Assembly: GCA_964291675.2 (NCBI GenBank)
Contig: OZ219866.1
Coordinates: forward strand, 1,440,001 to 1,504,000
Length of the DNA: 64,000 nucleotides
DNA from: Alphaproteobacteria bacterium
GTDB lineage: Bacteria > Pseudomonadota > Alphaproteobacteria > MPNO01
Direction of reading: 5' to 3'
The notes below the pieces were generated by a model. It searched no databases and had not been told where the DNA came from. It saw nothing but the letters and a program-made list of their open reading frames with translations. Numbering within the stretch: the stretch's first letter is position 1; every line of letters starts with the position of its first letter. Below are positions 39,532 to 47,906 of this stretch, one piece after another. The translations under genes and the position numbers were made by a program.

Positions 39532-41241
39532 ATGCCGCAGCTCGATACCGACGTGCTGGTGATCGGCGCCGGCGGGGCGGGCATGTACGCCGCGGTCGCC
39601 GCCGCCCGCCAGGGCGCGCGCGTCGTGCTGGCGGACAAGAGCCTGGTCGGCCGCGGCGGCGCGACGATCATGGCGCAGATGACCGTCGCCGCCGCGGTCG
39701 GCGAGTGGCAGCCCGATCACTGGACCCACCATTTCGCCGACACCGTCGAGGCCGGGCGCGGGCTGTGCAACGAGCGCCTGGCGGCGATCCTGTGCGAGGA
39801 GGCGCCGCTCCGCATCCGGGAGATGGACTCCTGGCGGGTGGGCTGGGCGCGCGAGGACGGCCGCATGCGGGCGGTGATGGCGCCGGGCCACAACATCCCG
39901 CGCTGCGTCTATGTCGATTTCCTCAATACCGGGCCCGCGGTCGCCAAGACGCTGCGCGGCCGGGTCGCGCAGGGCGCGGGGATCGCGCGGGTGAGCGGGC
40001 TCCCGATCGCCGAACTCGTGGTCCATGACGGGCGGGTCGCCGGCGCCGTCGGGATCAACCTGGAGGACGGAAGGCCGGTCGGGATCGCGGCCTCGGCGGT
40101 GATCCTCGCCGCCGGCGGGCTCACCCGGCTGTTCCGGCGCAACAGCGCCTCGGCCAATATGGGCGGCGATGCCTATGCGCTGGCGCTCGACGCGGGCGCC
40201 GAGCTGATCGACATGGAGTTCCCGCAGTTCTTCCCGATCGGCCATCTGGCGCCGCGGCTGGTGGGCATGGACCCGATCATGTGGGACCCGTTCCGCTACA
40301 AGCTCGGCGGCCGGCTGCTCAACGGCAGGATGGAAGAGTTCATCGAGAGCTACGGCGAGAGCGACTCGGGCGTCTATACCGCGCCGCGCGACATCACCTC
40401 CTATGCCATCGTCAAGGAATGCGAGGCCGGGCGCGGCTCGCCGGGCGGCGGGGCGTATCTCAGCTTCGAGCACATCCCGGAGCCGGAGCTCAGGCTCGCC
40501 TTCGGACCGGTGATCGACCGGCTGGCGAAGAACGGGATCGACCTGACGAAGCGCCCCATCGAGGTCGCGCCGATCGCGCATTACCACATGGGGGGAATCC
40601 GGGTCGACGAACGGATGGAGACCCGCGTCGAAGGGCTTTTTGCCGCCGGCGAGGCGGTCGGCGGCGCCAACGGCGCCAACCGGCTGTCGGGCAACGCGAT
40701 CCCGGAAGCCTTCGTGTTCGGCGAGCGCGCCGGTCGCTTCGCCGCCGAACGCAAGGCGGAGGCGCCGGCCTGGCGCGGCGGCGACGACGCGCGGGCGCGA
40801 GCGCTGGCGGAGATCGCGCATGGCGGCGGCGAGGCGGCCGGGCTCGGCGCGCTGCTGCGCGAGCTGCAGGCGCTGATGTGGGACGATGTGGGCCTGCTCA
40901 GGACCGGGGACGGGCTTTTGCGCGCGCTCCGGCGGATCCGCGAGATGCGGGAGCAGGACCTGCCGGCGCTGGCGCCGGAGCGCAAGGCGCATTTCGATCA
41001 CGCCCTGCTCGACTGGCTGGACCTCAGGGCATCGCTCGCGGCCGCGGAATCGGTGGCGCTGGCGGCGCTCAACCGCCGGGAGAGCCGGGGCGCGCATCAG
41101 CGCGAGGACTTTGTCGAGACCGACCCGGCCTATGCGCGGAACCAGGTGCTGCGGCTATCCGGGGACGGCGCGCTCGAATGCGGCTGGACCGGGATCGTCG
41201 CCGAGCCGCACGCCCGGGCGCCGCTCGAGGCGGCGGAATGA
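39532..41241 (+). CDS. SdhA/FrdA/NadB-family flavoprotein, atypical active site
   Basis: IGAGGAG, DMEFPQFFP, APRD, AHYHMGG, GANRLSGNA, RRESRGAH. Confidence 0.85.
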   Translation: MPQLDTDVLVIGAGGAGMYAAVAAARQGARVVLADKSLVGRGGATIMAQMTVAAAVGEWQPDHWTHHFADTVEAGRGLCNERLAAILCEEAPLRIREMDSWRVGWAREDGRMRAVMAPGHNIPRCVYVDFLNTGPAVAKTLRGRVAQGAGIARVSGLPIAELVVHDGRVAGAVGINLEDGRPVGIAASAVILAAGGLTRLFRRNSASANMGGDAYALALDAGAELIDMEFPQFFPIGHLAPRLVGMDPIMWDPFRYKLGGRLLNGRMEEFIESYGESDSGVYTAPRDITSYAIVKECEAGRGSPGGGAYLSFEHIPEPELRLAFGPVIDRLAKNGIDLTKRPIEVAPIAHYHMGGIRVDERMETRVEGLFAAGEAVGGANGANRLSGNAIPEAFVFGERAGRFAAERKAEAPAWRGGDDARARALAEIAHGGGEAAGLGALLRELQALMWDDVGLLRTGDGLLRALRRIREMREQDLPALAPERKAHFDHALLDWLDLRASLAAAESVALAALNRRESRGAHQREDFVETDPAYARNQVLRLSGDGALECGWTGIVAEPHARAPLEAAE

Positions 41242-41594
41242 GCGCCGACAGCGTCACCATCCGGGTGCGCCGCGGGACCCCCGGCGAGCCGTCCCGGATC
41301 GAAGCCTTCACCGTCCCCTACAGCGAGGGCATGTCGGTGCTGGACGCGGTGATGTGGGTGCGCGGCCACGTCGATTCGACGCTTGCCATCCGCTACGCCT
41401 GCATCAACGCCAATGCCTGCAAGGAATGCATGGTGCGGGTCGACGGCAAGACCGGCTATGCCTGCACCTCCCGCCTGGGCGCGGACGGCGCGCTGATCGA
41501 GCCGCTGGACAACAAGGCGCTGATCCGCGACCTGGTGACCGATATCGTCCCGCCCAAGGAACGCCTCGGCGCCCATCTCGAAGAGGGCGGCTAA
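41238..41594 (+). CDS. 2Fe-2S protein equivalent to only the N-terminal domain of SdhB/FrdB
   Basis: MSVLDA, CINANACKEC...YAC, IRDLVTD; 118 aa; ATGA overlap with the flavoprotein. Confidence 0.85.
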   Translation: MSADSVTIRVRRGTPGEPSRIEAFTVPYSEGMSVLDAVMWVRGHVDSTLAIRYACINANACKECMVRVDGKTGYACTSRLGADGALIEPLDNKALIRDLVTDIVPPKERLGAHLEEGG

Positions 41595-41598
41595 CGCC

Positions 41599-41613
41599 AG
41601 CCCCGATTTCTCA
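41599..41613 (+). repeat. Left 15-bp inverted repeat of NYN cassette
   Basis: AGCCCCGATTTCTCA vs reverse complement of 42339-42353 (AGCCCGGATTTCTCA), 14/15. Confidence 0.55.
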
Positions 41614-41640
41614 TCGGCGGCAGGCGCTTGTCGCGCGAGC

Positions 41641-41669
41641 ATTGACAGGCGAGAACGAAACCAATACAT
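41641..41669 (+). promoter_or_regulatory. Sigma70-type promoter of NYN gene
   Basis: ATTGAC-N17-ATACAT, close to the alphaproteobacterial CTTGAC-N17-CTATAT consensus. Confidence 0.6.
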
Positions 41670-41671
41670 AA

Positions 41672-41747
41672 AGACGTAATCCGCTACGCCCGTAGGCGGG
41701 CACGTTCCCGAGACCCCTCACGGGCCAAGCCCTTGGGGGGTCTTTTG
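41672..41747 (+). ncRNA. Putative structured leader/small RNA upstream of NYN RNase
   Basis: Hairpin GCCCG-tagg-CGGGC enclosed by ACGT/ACGT, then 14-bp stem AGACCCCTCA.GGGC-caa-GCCC.TGGGGGGTCT (41711-41743) followed by TTTGTT. Confidence 0.5.
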
Positions 41748-42341
41748 TTGACCTCAAGAGCGGCAGTCTTCATCGACGGCGGCCATCTCCGGGTCCTCGC
41801 CAGACAGAACGAATTCAGATACGACCCGGACCTCATCGAGGCCGTCGCGCTCGCATGCGTCGACCCGGAGGAAGAGTTGCTTCGGGTCCTCTACTACGAT
41901 TGCGCCCCCTATCAGGGCAGTCTGCGATTGCCCGTTTCCGGGCAGCGACAGGAGTTCGCGGGCTCCGACGAGTGGCTTCGGCAGTTGGCGGCCAAACGGC
42001 AATTTGCCGTTCTCCTCGGTACGCTGAAGTTTCGGGGCTTCGTGCCGAAGAAAGTGCCCATATCATCGGGACCGCTATCGGACGACGACTTTCGGCCCCG
42101 CTTCGAGCAGAAGGGAGTCGACATGCGGCTGGGCCTCGACATTGCAACCCATGCTTCGGATAGATCGGTGGACCGCATTGTTTTGGTCACCGCGGATACC
42201 GACTGCTTGCCCATCATGAAGCGCGCCCGCACCGCGGGGCTTCAAGTCGTCTTGGTCGAATTGCCGAAACAAAGACTTGCGCGGGAGCTGCGCTGGCATT
42301 CCGATTTCGTCCGGCCAGTGCAGTGGCCAAGACAGGGGTGA
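41748..42341 (+). CDS. NYN-domain (LabA/DUF88, PIN-like) ribonuclease
   Basis: VFIDGG, YYDC, QKGVDMRLGLD, LVTADTD acidic motifs; probable TTG start at 41748. Confidence 0.88.
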   Translation: MTSRAAVFIDGGHLRVLARQNEFRYDPDLIEAVALACVDPEEELLRVLYYDCAPYQGSLRLPVSGQRQEFAGSDEWLRQLAAKRQFAVLLGTLKFRGFVPKKVPISSGPLSDDDFRPRFEQKGVDMRLGLDIATHASDRSVDRIVLVTADTDCLPIMKRARTAGLQVVLVELPKQRLARELRWHSDFVRPVQWPRQG

Positions 42342-42353
42342 GAAATCCGGGCT
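42339..42353 (-). repeat. Right 15-bp inverted repeat of NYN cassette (overlaps stop codon)
   Basis: TGAGAAATCCGGGCT. Confidence 0.55.
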
Positions 42354-42368
42354 CGCGGCGGGGTGCCC

Positions 42369-43442
42369 TCACGCGACGGTCCAGACCGTCTCCGAGAACC
42401 CGCATTCCCGACAGTCGCGCAGATACGCGTCGCGCTCGCTGCGAATCCGCACCCTGGCATTGCGCCGGCCCTTCGCTCCGCATGCCGAGCACACGAGAGG
42501 CATGAGCGTGTTCCTGCCGCAGGAATCGCAGATCCAGAAATACCCGTGATCGCCGGAACCCGCGACAAGCTCCCGGCCATCGCAATGCCGGCACGCCGCT
42601 CCGCCGGCCGGAGCGCCATCGCCGCGCCCGGCGCCGCTTCGCCGGGCAACGTGGTCGTCGACCGGGTTGTCGCGGCGCGCCGGCGGATCGTCCGGATCGT
42701 CCGCGTTCAGCGCCGCGAGAAACCCGGCCACGCCCGCCACGTCCTCGGACGCCATGCGCCACCCGCCATAGGAGCGGCCCCGACCGACGCACAGGATGCC
42801 GGAGCCCTTGCGATGCCGGCCGATCTCGCGGCAGACCCTGTCCGGGATCGTATCCGCCTTGCCGACGAGTGGCGGGAACGCCTGCCCGGGCCGCTTGCGG
42901 CCGTCGATCTTCTCGATGATCCCGTAATCCGAGACCGCGAAGACCAGCTGCAGCGGTGCGTGCCGGAACCCGAGCTGGTCGGTCCCGTCCACGATCTTCG
43001 CGACGGTGCGGGATCCGAAGGGCAGCTTCCCGACCAGCTCCTCGCGGCGGCGTTCGAGGAAGCCGCGCAGGAATTCGGCCTGGGTCTCCGCCCGTTCGAT
43101 CGGGCACGGCATCTCCGTCTCTCTTCCCCGGCAGGAGCGGATCCACTCGTATCCGTCCGAACCGTCGGAGCGGATCGTCACGTCGCCGGCCACCGACTTG
43201 CTTTCGACGACGAACATGCCCCAGCGATGGACGACCAGGTGGTCGAACCGGCACTCGCCCGGAGAGCCGTCCGGCTGCGGCTGCTCGGGATCCTCGATTC
43301 TCAGATCGTGCAGCACGTGGACCTCCGGATGGTCCTCGAAGCAGCATTGCAGGTGGAACGCCACGCGCCTCTCGGCCGCGGCGTCGGCTTGTACGCGGCG
43401 GTCCGATGTATCCGCCTTGTGCTGGTACGGTTTCGCGATCAT
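42369..43442 (-). CDS. NERD-domain nuclease with C-terminal zinc ribbons
   Basis: AERRV...VLHDLRI...FDHLVV...FVVESKS...PIERA PD-(D/E)xK pattern; CRHC, CDSC, CSAC, CREC. Confidence 0.82.
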   Translation of the reverse strand: MIAKPYQHKADTSDRRVQADAAAERRVAFHLQCCFEDHPEVHVLHDLRIEDPEQPQPDGSPGECRFDHLVVHRWGMFVVESKSVAGDVTIRSDGSDGYEWIRSCRGRETEMPCPIERAETQAEFLRGFLERRREELVGKLPFGSRTVAKIVDGTDQLGFRHAPLQLVFAVSDYGIIEKIDGRKRPGQAFPPLVGKADTIPDRVCREIGRHRKGSGILCVGRGRSYGGWRMASEDVAGVAGFLAALNADDPDDPPARRDNPVDDHVARRSGAGRGDGAPAGGAACRHCDGRELVAGSGDHGYFWICDSCGRNTLMPLVCSACGAKGRRNARVRIRSERDAYLRDCRECGFSETVWTVA

Positions 43443-43593
43443 CAGGCTGCTGTTGGCGTGGTCACGGCGTGCGGAGCCGCACGGCGATCGAATGTCTCAC
43501 GCCCATGCCCGGCGCAACAGCCGAAACGCCCCGCCGCACCCGGGGCAAATCGTCGCAGCGGCGCGGGTCGTGCTCGGGAACCGCCGACGCGGC

Positions 43594-43705
43594 CGTCCTT
43601 CGATACGCCCCCCTTCGGTGGGCTACTCAGGATGAGGAGAGGCTCGTATGGCTCAAAATGAACCCCTCATCCCGCGTAGGCCCGAAGGGGCCGTATCGCG
43701 GGACG
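43594..43705. repeat. Paired REP-like palindromic element
   Basis: GTCCTTCGATACG...CTACTCAGGATGAGG / CCTCATCCCGCGTAGG...CGTATCGCGGGAC. Confidence 0.78.
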
Positions 43706-43724
43706 CGCCCCCATGGGGGCGGGG

Positions 43725-44744
43725 TCAGGCCTCCCCGGCGAGCAGCCGGTCGAGCACGCGCTGCGCGGCGAGCACCCCGGCATCGGCGTTGATGTCGACC
43801 CGCGGCAGCCCCGCGGGCATGGTCTCGATGCTGCGCTGCTGCGCCTCGATCAGCCCGACATCCTCGGCGAAGGTGGTCTCCGCCGCCCGGGCCAGATAGG
43901 CGGTGACCGATTCGTCGTCCAACTTGAAGCCGCGCGCGTGGTGCCAGAAATAATGCGCGCTGGTCTCGGTCTCAGGCGTGATGGTGTGGTTGGAGTAGAG
44001 CTCGATCCCGCCCGCCCGGTTGCCCTCGCGCGCGCCCTGCCCCGCCGGGGCGCAGCCCGCGTCGATCACGACATGGCTGGGCGGGGTCCAGGTGATGAGC
44101 TGCCAGCGGTCGACGTCGTAGTCGATGCCGCCCGCGCGGGCGAACATGCCGGGCGGCTTGCCGCCCATGATCCAGCGGTCGACATGGACCCGGTCGCCGT
44201 CGCGGCTGACCTCGACCGGGAAGTCGGCGACGCGGTCGGTGCCCAGCGTCGCGCCGTGGACGAACTGCACGTGCGACAGGTCGAGCAAATTGTCGACGAT
44301 CAGGCGCCAGCCGCCGGCGACGTGGAACCGCCCCTGCACCGACCGCCACCCCGGGTCGTCGTTCCAGTGGTAGTCGGGGACCGACGCCGCATCCGCCCGC
44401 GCGGGATCGTCCATCCAGATCCAGACGAAGCGGTCGCGCTCGACCACGGGGTAGGACGCCACCCGGGCGCCCGGCGGCACGCTGGTCTGGCCGGGCACCT
44501 CGATGCAGCTCCCGTCCGGCGCGAACAGCAGGCCATGGTAGCCGCAGCGCAGCCCGCGCTGCTCGGTGCGGCCGTGCGACAGCGGCGCCTGGCGGTGGAT
44601 GCAGCGGTCGGCGAGCGCCGCGGCCCTGCCGTCCGCGCCGCGGAACAGCACCACCGGCTTGTCCAGGATGCGCCGCGCGAGCGGGGCTTCGCCGACTTCC
44701 TCGTCCCAGGCCGCGGCGTACCAGCAATTCGTCAGGAAGGCCAT
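43725..44744 (-). CDS. Rieske oxygenase alpha subunit (vanillate O-demethylase VanA-like)
   Basis: NCWYAAAW, DRCIH...CGYH, DNLLDLSHVQFVH, FAED. Confidence 0.9.
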   Translation of the reverse strand: MAFLTNCWYAAAWDEEVGEAPLARRILDKPVVLFRGADGRAAALADRCIHRQAPLSHGRTEQRGLRCGYHGLLFAPDGSCIEVPGQTSVPPGARVASYPVVERDRFVWIWMDDPARADAASVPDYHWNDDPGWRSVQGRFHVAGGWRLIVDNLLDLSHVQFVHGATLGTDRVADFPVEVSRDGDRVHVDRWIMGGKPPGMFARAGGIDYDVDRWQLITWTPPSHVVIDAGCAPAGQGAREGNRAGGIELYSNHTITPETETSAHYFWHHARGFKLDDESVTAYLARAAETTFAEDVGLIEAQQRSIETMPAGLPRVDINADAGVLAAQRVLDRLLAGEA

Positions 44745-47086
44745 CGCGCGCTCCTTCGACGCCGCGCGGCGGCGACCGCCGCGGCGATCCGGTCGGGGGC
44801 AATCGGCACATCGTCGATGAGGATGCCGAACGGCGCAAGCGCGTCCTCGACCGCGGCGGCGATCGCGGCGGGTGCCGGAATCACCCCGCCCTCCCCCGCC
44901 CCCTTGGCGCCGAGCGGGTTGAGCGGGGTGGGCGAGACGGTGTGGCGGAGGCCGATGCGCGGCGCCTCGCAGGCACCGGGCATCACGTACTCGCCGAGAT
45001 TGACCGTCATGGGCTGCCCCGCATCGTCGAACACCATGCGCTCGTACAGCGCGCTGCCGATTCCGTGCACCGCCCCGCCGACCACCTGGCCCTCGACGAT
45101 CATCGGGTTGATCATCCGCCCGCAGTCATGGACCACCGTGTAGCGCAGGATGTCGACCGCCCCCGTCTCGATGTCGACCTCGACCTCCGCGACGTGGCAG
45201 CCATTGCAATAGGTCAGCGTGTCCGGGACGAAAGTGCCGAGCGCGTCCATCCCGGGCTCCATCCCGCCGGGCAGCGCGTAGCCCGGCTGCCCGGCAAGCG
45301 TCCGGGCGATGTCGCCGAGCGCGACCGACATGTCCGCCACCCCGCGCACCCGGACCCGCCCGCCGGCGAGCTCCAGGTCGTCGGGCGCGGCCTCCAGCAT
45401 GTGCGCGGCGACCCGGACCGCCTTGTCGGCGAGCGCCGAGGCGGCGATGTGGGCCGAGGAACCGGCGGTCACCGCCTGGCGGCTGGCGAACGCGCCGAGG
45501 CCGAGGGAGACCGAGTCGGTGTCGCCCGCGGTGACGTCGACCGCGCCCGGATCGAGGCCCAGCGCCGCGGCGCAGATTTGGGCGAGCGCCGTCTTGAGCC
45601 CCTGGCCCTGGTCGGTCGCCCCGGTGGCCAGCGTCACCCGGCCCGACGGGTGGACGCGGATGCGCGCGGATTCGAAGGGGCCGCGCCCGGTTCCCTCGAC
45701 ATAGTTGCCGACGCCGATCCCGGCATGGCGCCCGGCCTCGCGCAGCGCCGCCTGCCGATCGCGAAAGGACCCGTACCCGGCCGCCTCCAGGGCCAGCGAC
45801 AGGGTCGCCGGATAGTCGCCGCTGTCATAGGTCATCCAGGTGCCGTCCCGGTTCCTGACCGGGGTCCGGTAGGGCATGGATTCGGGCCGGATCAGGTTGC
45901 GGCGGCGGATCTCCGTCCTGTCGAGCCCGAGCAGCCCGGCCGCCCGGTCGAGCAGGCGTTCCATCGCGAACGTACCCTGCGGGCGGCCGGCGCCGCGCAC
46001 CGGCGTCACCGCCACCTTGTTGGTCGCCGCCAGGCGGATGTCGAGCGCGTAGGCCGGCACCGCGTAGGGACCCAGCAGGTTGGTCGCCGAGTTGTAGGGC
46101 AGGTTGACACCGTAGGGCGTATAGGCGCCGTGGTCGTGGACCAGCGTGCCGCGCACCCCGAGAATCCGGCCCCCGGAATCGAGCGCCATCTCCACGTCCC
46201 AGAACTGGTCGCGCTCCTGGGTGGTGGCGGTGAAGTGCTCGCGGCGGTCCTCGATCCATTTCACCGGCCGGCCGAGGATGCGCGCGGCGAGGGCTACGAC
46301 CGCCTCCTCGGCATAGAAGACGAATTTGGGCCCGAACCCGCCGCCGACATCGGGCGCGATGACCCGGAGCTCGTCCTCGCCGCAGCCCAGCAGGTCCGTC
46401 AGCACCGCGTGCGCGCGATGCGGCATCTGGGTGCCGCTCCAGACGGTGAGCCTCCCGTCATCGGGATCGGGCCGGGCGAGCACGCCGCGGCACTCGATGG
46501 CATGCCCCAGACCCTTGTTCTGGTGCATCGCGGCGCGGACCACGTGGCGCGCGCCGGCGAAGGCCCGGTCGCAATCGCCATAGGCCATGGTCAGCGCGGC
46601 GACCAGGTTGTCGGAGATCGCGCCATGGGCGGGGGGCGCGCCGTCCTCCAGCGCGCGCCGGCAATCGATCGCCGGCGCCAGCTTCCGGTAGTCGACGGCG
46701 ACCAGGGCGGCGGCGTCCTCGGCGCGGTAGGGGCAGTCCGCGATCGCCGCCGCCACCGGCTCGCCGACATGGCGGACCTCCCCGTCGGCGAGGATCGGCG
46801 GGTCCAGCGCGTGGCGGATCGCGCCGGAGGGCTGGGCCAGCGGCATCGTCACCCGGGTCACATGCGCGCGCAGATCGTCGAGGGCGAGCACCGCGCGCAC
46901 CCCCGGCGACGCCAGGGCGGCCTCGCGGTCGATGCCGGCGATCCGGGCATGCGCCTCGCCGCTCCTGACGAAGACGGCGTGGAGCAGGCCGGGGAAGCGC
47001 AGATCGTCGACGAACCGGCCCCGCCCGCGCAGCAGCGCCGGATCCTCGATCCTGGGGACCGGCTCGCCGACGGCGCCGGAGCTCAA
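44732..47086 (-). CDS. Xanthine dehydrogenase-family molybdopterin-binding subunit (orphan)
   Basis: Probable TTG start at 47086 overlapping the SDR stop; DVGGGFG, PVRGAGRPQ, QGQG, GAKGAGE. Confidence 0.9.
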   Translation of the reverse strand: MSSGAVGEPVPRIEDPALLRGRGRFVDDLRFPGLLHAVFVRSGEAHARIAGIDREAALASPGVRAVLALDDLRAHVTRVTMPLAQPSGAIRHALDPPILADGEVRHVGEPVAAAIADCPYRAEDAAALVAVDYRKLAPAIDCRRALEDGAPPAHGAISDNLVAALTMAYGDCDRAFAGARHVVRAAMHQNKGLGHAIECRGVLARPDPDDGRLTVWSGTQMPHRAHAVLTDLLGCGEDELRVIAPDVGGGFGPKFVFYAEEAVVALAARILGRPVKWIEDRREHFTATTQERDQFWDVEMALDSGGRILGVRGTLVHDHGAYTPYGVNLPYNSATNLLGPYAVPAYALDIRLAATNKVAVTPVRGAGRPQGTFAMERLLDRAAGLLGLDRTEIRRRNLIRPESMPYRTPVRNRDGTWMTYDSGDYPATLSLALEAAGYGSFRDRQAALREAGRHAGIGVGNYVEGTGRGPFESARIRVHPSGRVTLATGATDQGQGLKTALAQICAAALGLDPGAVDVTAGDTDSVSLGLGAFASRQAVTAGSSAHIAASALADKAVRVAAHMLEAAPDDLELAGGRVRVRGVADMSVALGDIARTLAGQPGYALPGGMEPGMDALGTFVPDTLTYCNGCHVAEVEVDIETGAVDILRYTVVHDCGRMINPMIVEGQVVGGAVHGIGSALYERMVFDDAGQPMTVNLGEYVMPGACEAPRIGLRHTVSPTPLNPLGAKGAGEGGVIPAPAAIAAAVEDALAPFGILIDDVPIAPDRIAAAVAAARRRRSARWPS

Positions 47087-47835
47087 GGCCTCACCCAGCC
47101 GCCGTCGACATAGAGCGTCTGGCCGGTGACGAAGGCCGCATCGTCGCTCGCCAGGAAGGACAGCGTGCCGGCGAGGTCGTCGGGCCGCTGCTCGCGCTTG
47201 ATCGCCTGCATGGCGGCGACCGCGGCGAAGCGTTCGTCCGACCGCGGGTTGGTCACCTGCGTGCCGTGGGTACGCACCAGGCTGGGCGCGATCGCGTTCA
47301 CCGTGATCCCCTTGTCCGCGAGATCGCTGGCGAGCGCCCGGGTGAAGCCGATCACGCCCCCCTTGCTCGCGATGTAGTGGCTGTAGCCGGTCACCGGGGT
47401 GCCGAAGGTGTTGGACGCCAAGTTGACGATCCGGCCCCAGCCGCGCTCCGCCATGCCGGGCGCGAACGCCTTCGCCGTCAAAAACATGGAATCGAGGTTG
47501 ATCGCCATCACCCGCCGCCACTTGGCGAAGGTGACCGCCTCGAAGGGCTCGTTGGGATAGACGCCGACATTGTTGACCAGGATGTCGCAGCGCCCGAAGC
47601 GCTCGCCGATCTCGGCGGCGAGGCGGGCGACGCCGTCCTCCGAGGCGACGTCGCAGGCGAACGAAGCGGCCTCCGCCCCGGCGTCGGACAGCATCGCAAG
47701 CGTCTCCGTCGCCGGTTCGAGATCGACCACCGCGACCGCCGCGCCGTCCTGCGCGAGACGCCGCGCGAAGGCCCGGCCGATACCCACGGCTCCGCCGGTC
47801 ACCGCCGCGACCCGGCCCTGATGACGATTGGACAT
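47083..47835 (-). CDS. SDR oxidoreductase
   Basis: TGGAVGIG, NNVG, YIASK, GQTLYVDGG. Confidence 0.9.
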   Translation of the reverse strand: MSNRHQGRVAAVTGGAVGIGRAFARRLAQDGAAVAVVDLEPATETLAMLSDAGAEAASFACDVASEDGVARLAAEIGERFGRCDILVNNVGVYPNEPFEAVTFAKWRRVMAINLDSMFLTAKAFAPGMAERGWGRIVNLASNTFGTPVTGYSHYIASKGGVIGFTRALASDLADKGITVNAIAPSLVRTHGTQVTNPRSDERFAAVAAMQAIKREQRPDDLAGTLSFLASDDAAFVTGQTLYVDGGWVRP

Positions 47836-47906
47836 CGCATAGCTCCCTTTGGCGTGGCTGGCGAACTATCATCGCGATCGGGCGGAATATTGGTAGGGGG
47901 CGGGCG

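Noticed and set aside
39532-41594. Canonical succinate dehydrogenase sdhAB
   Set aside because: Missing covalent-FAD and substrate histidines, truncated Fe-S subunit, no membrane anchors
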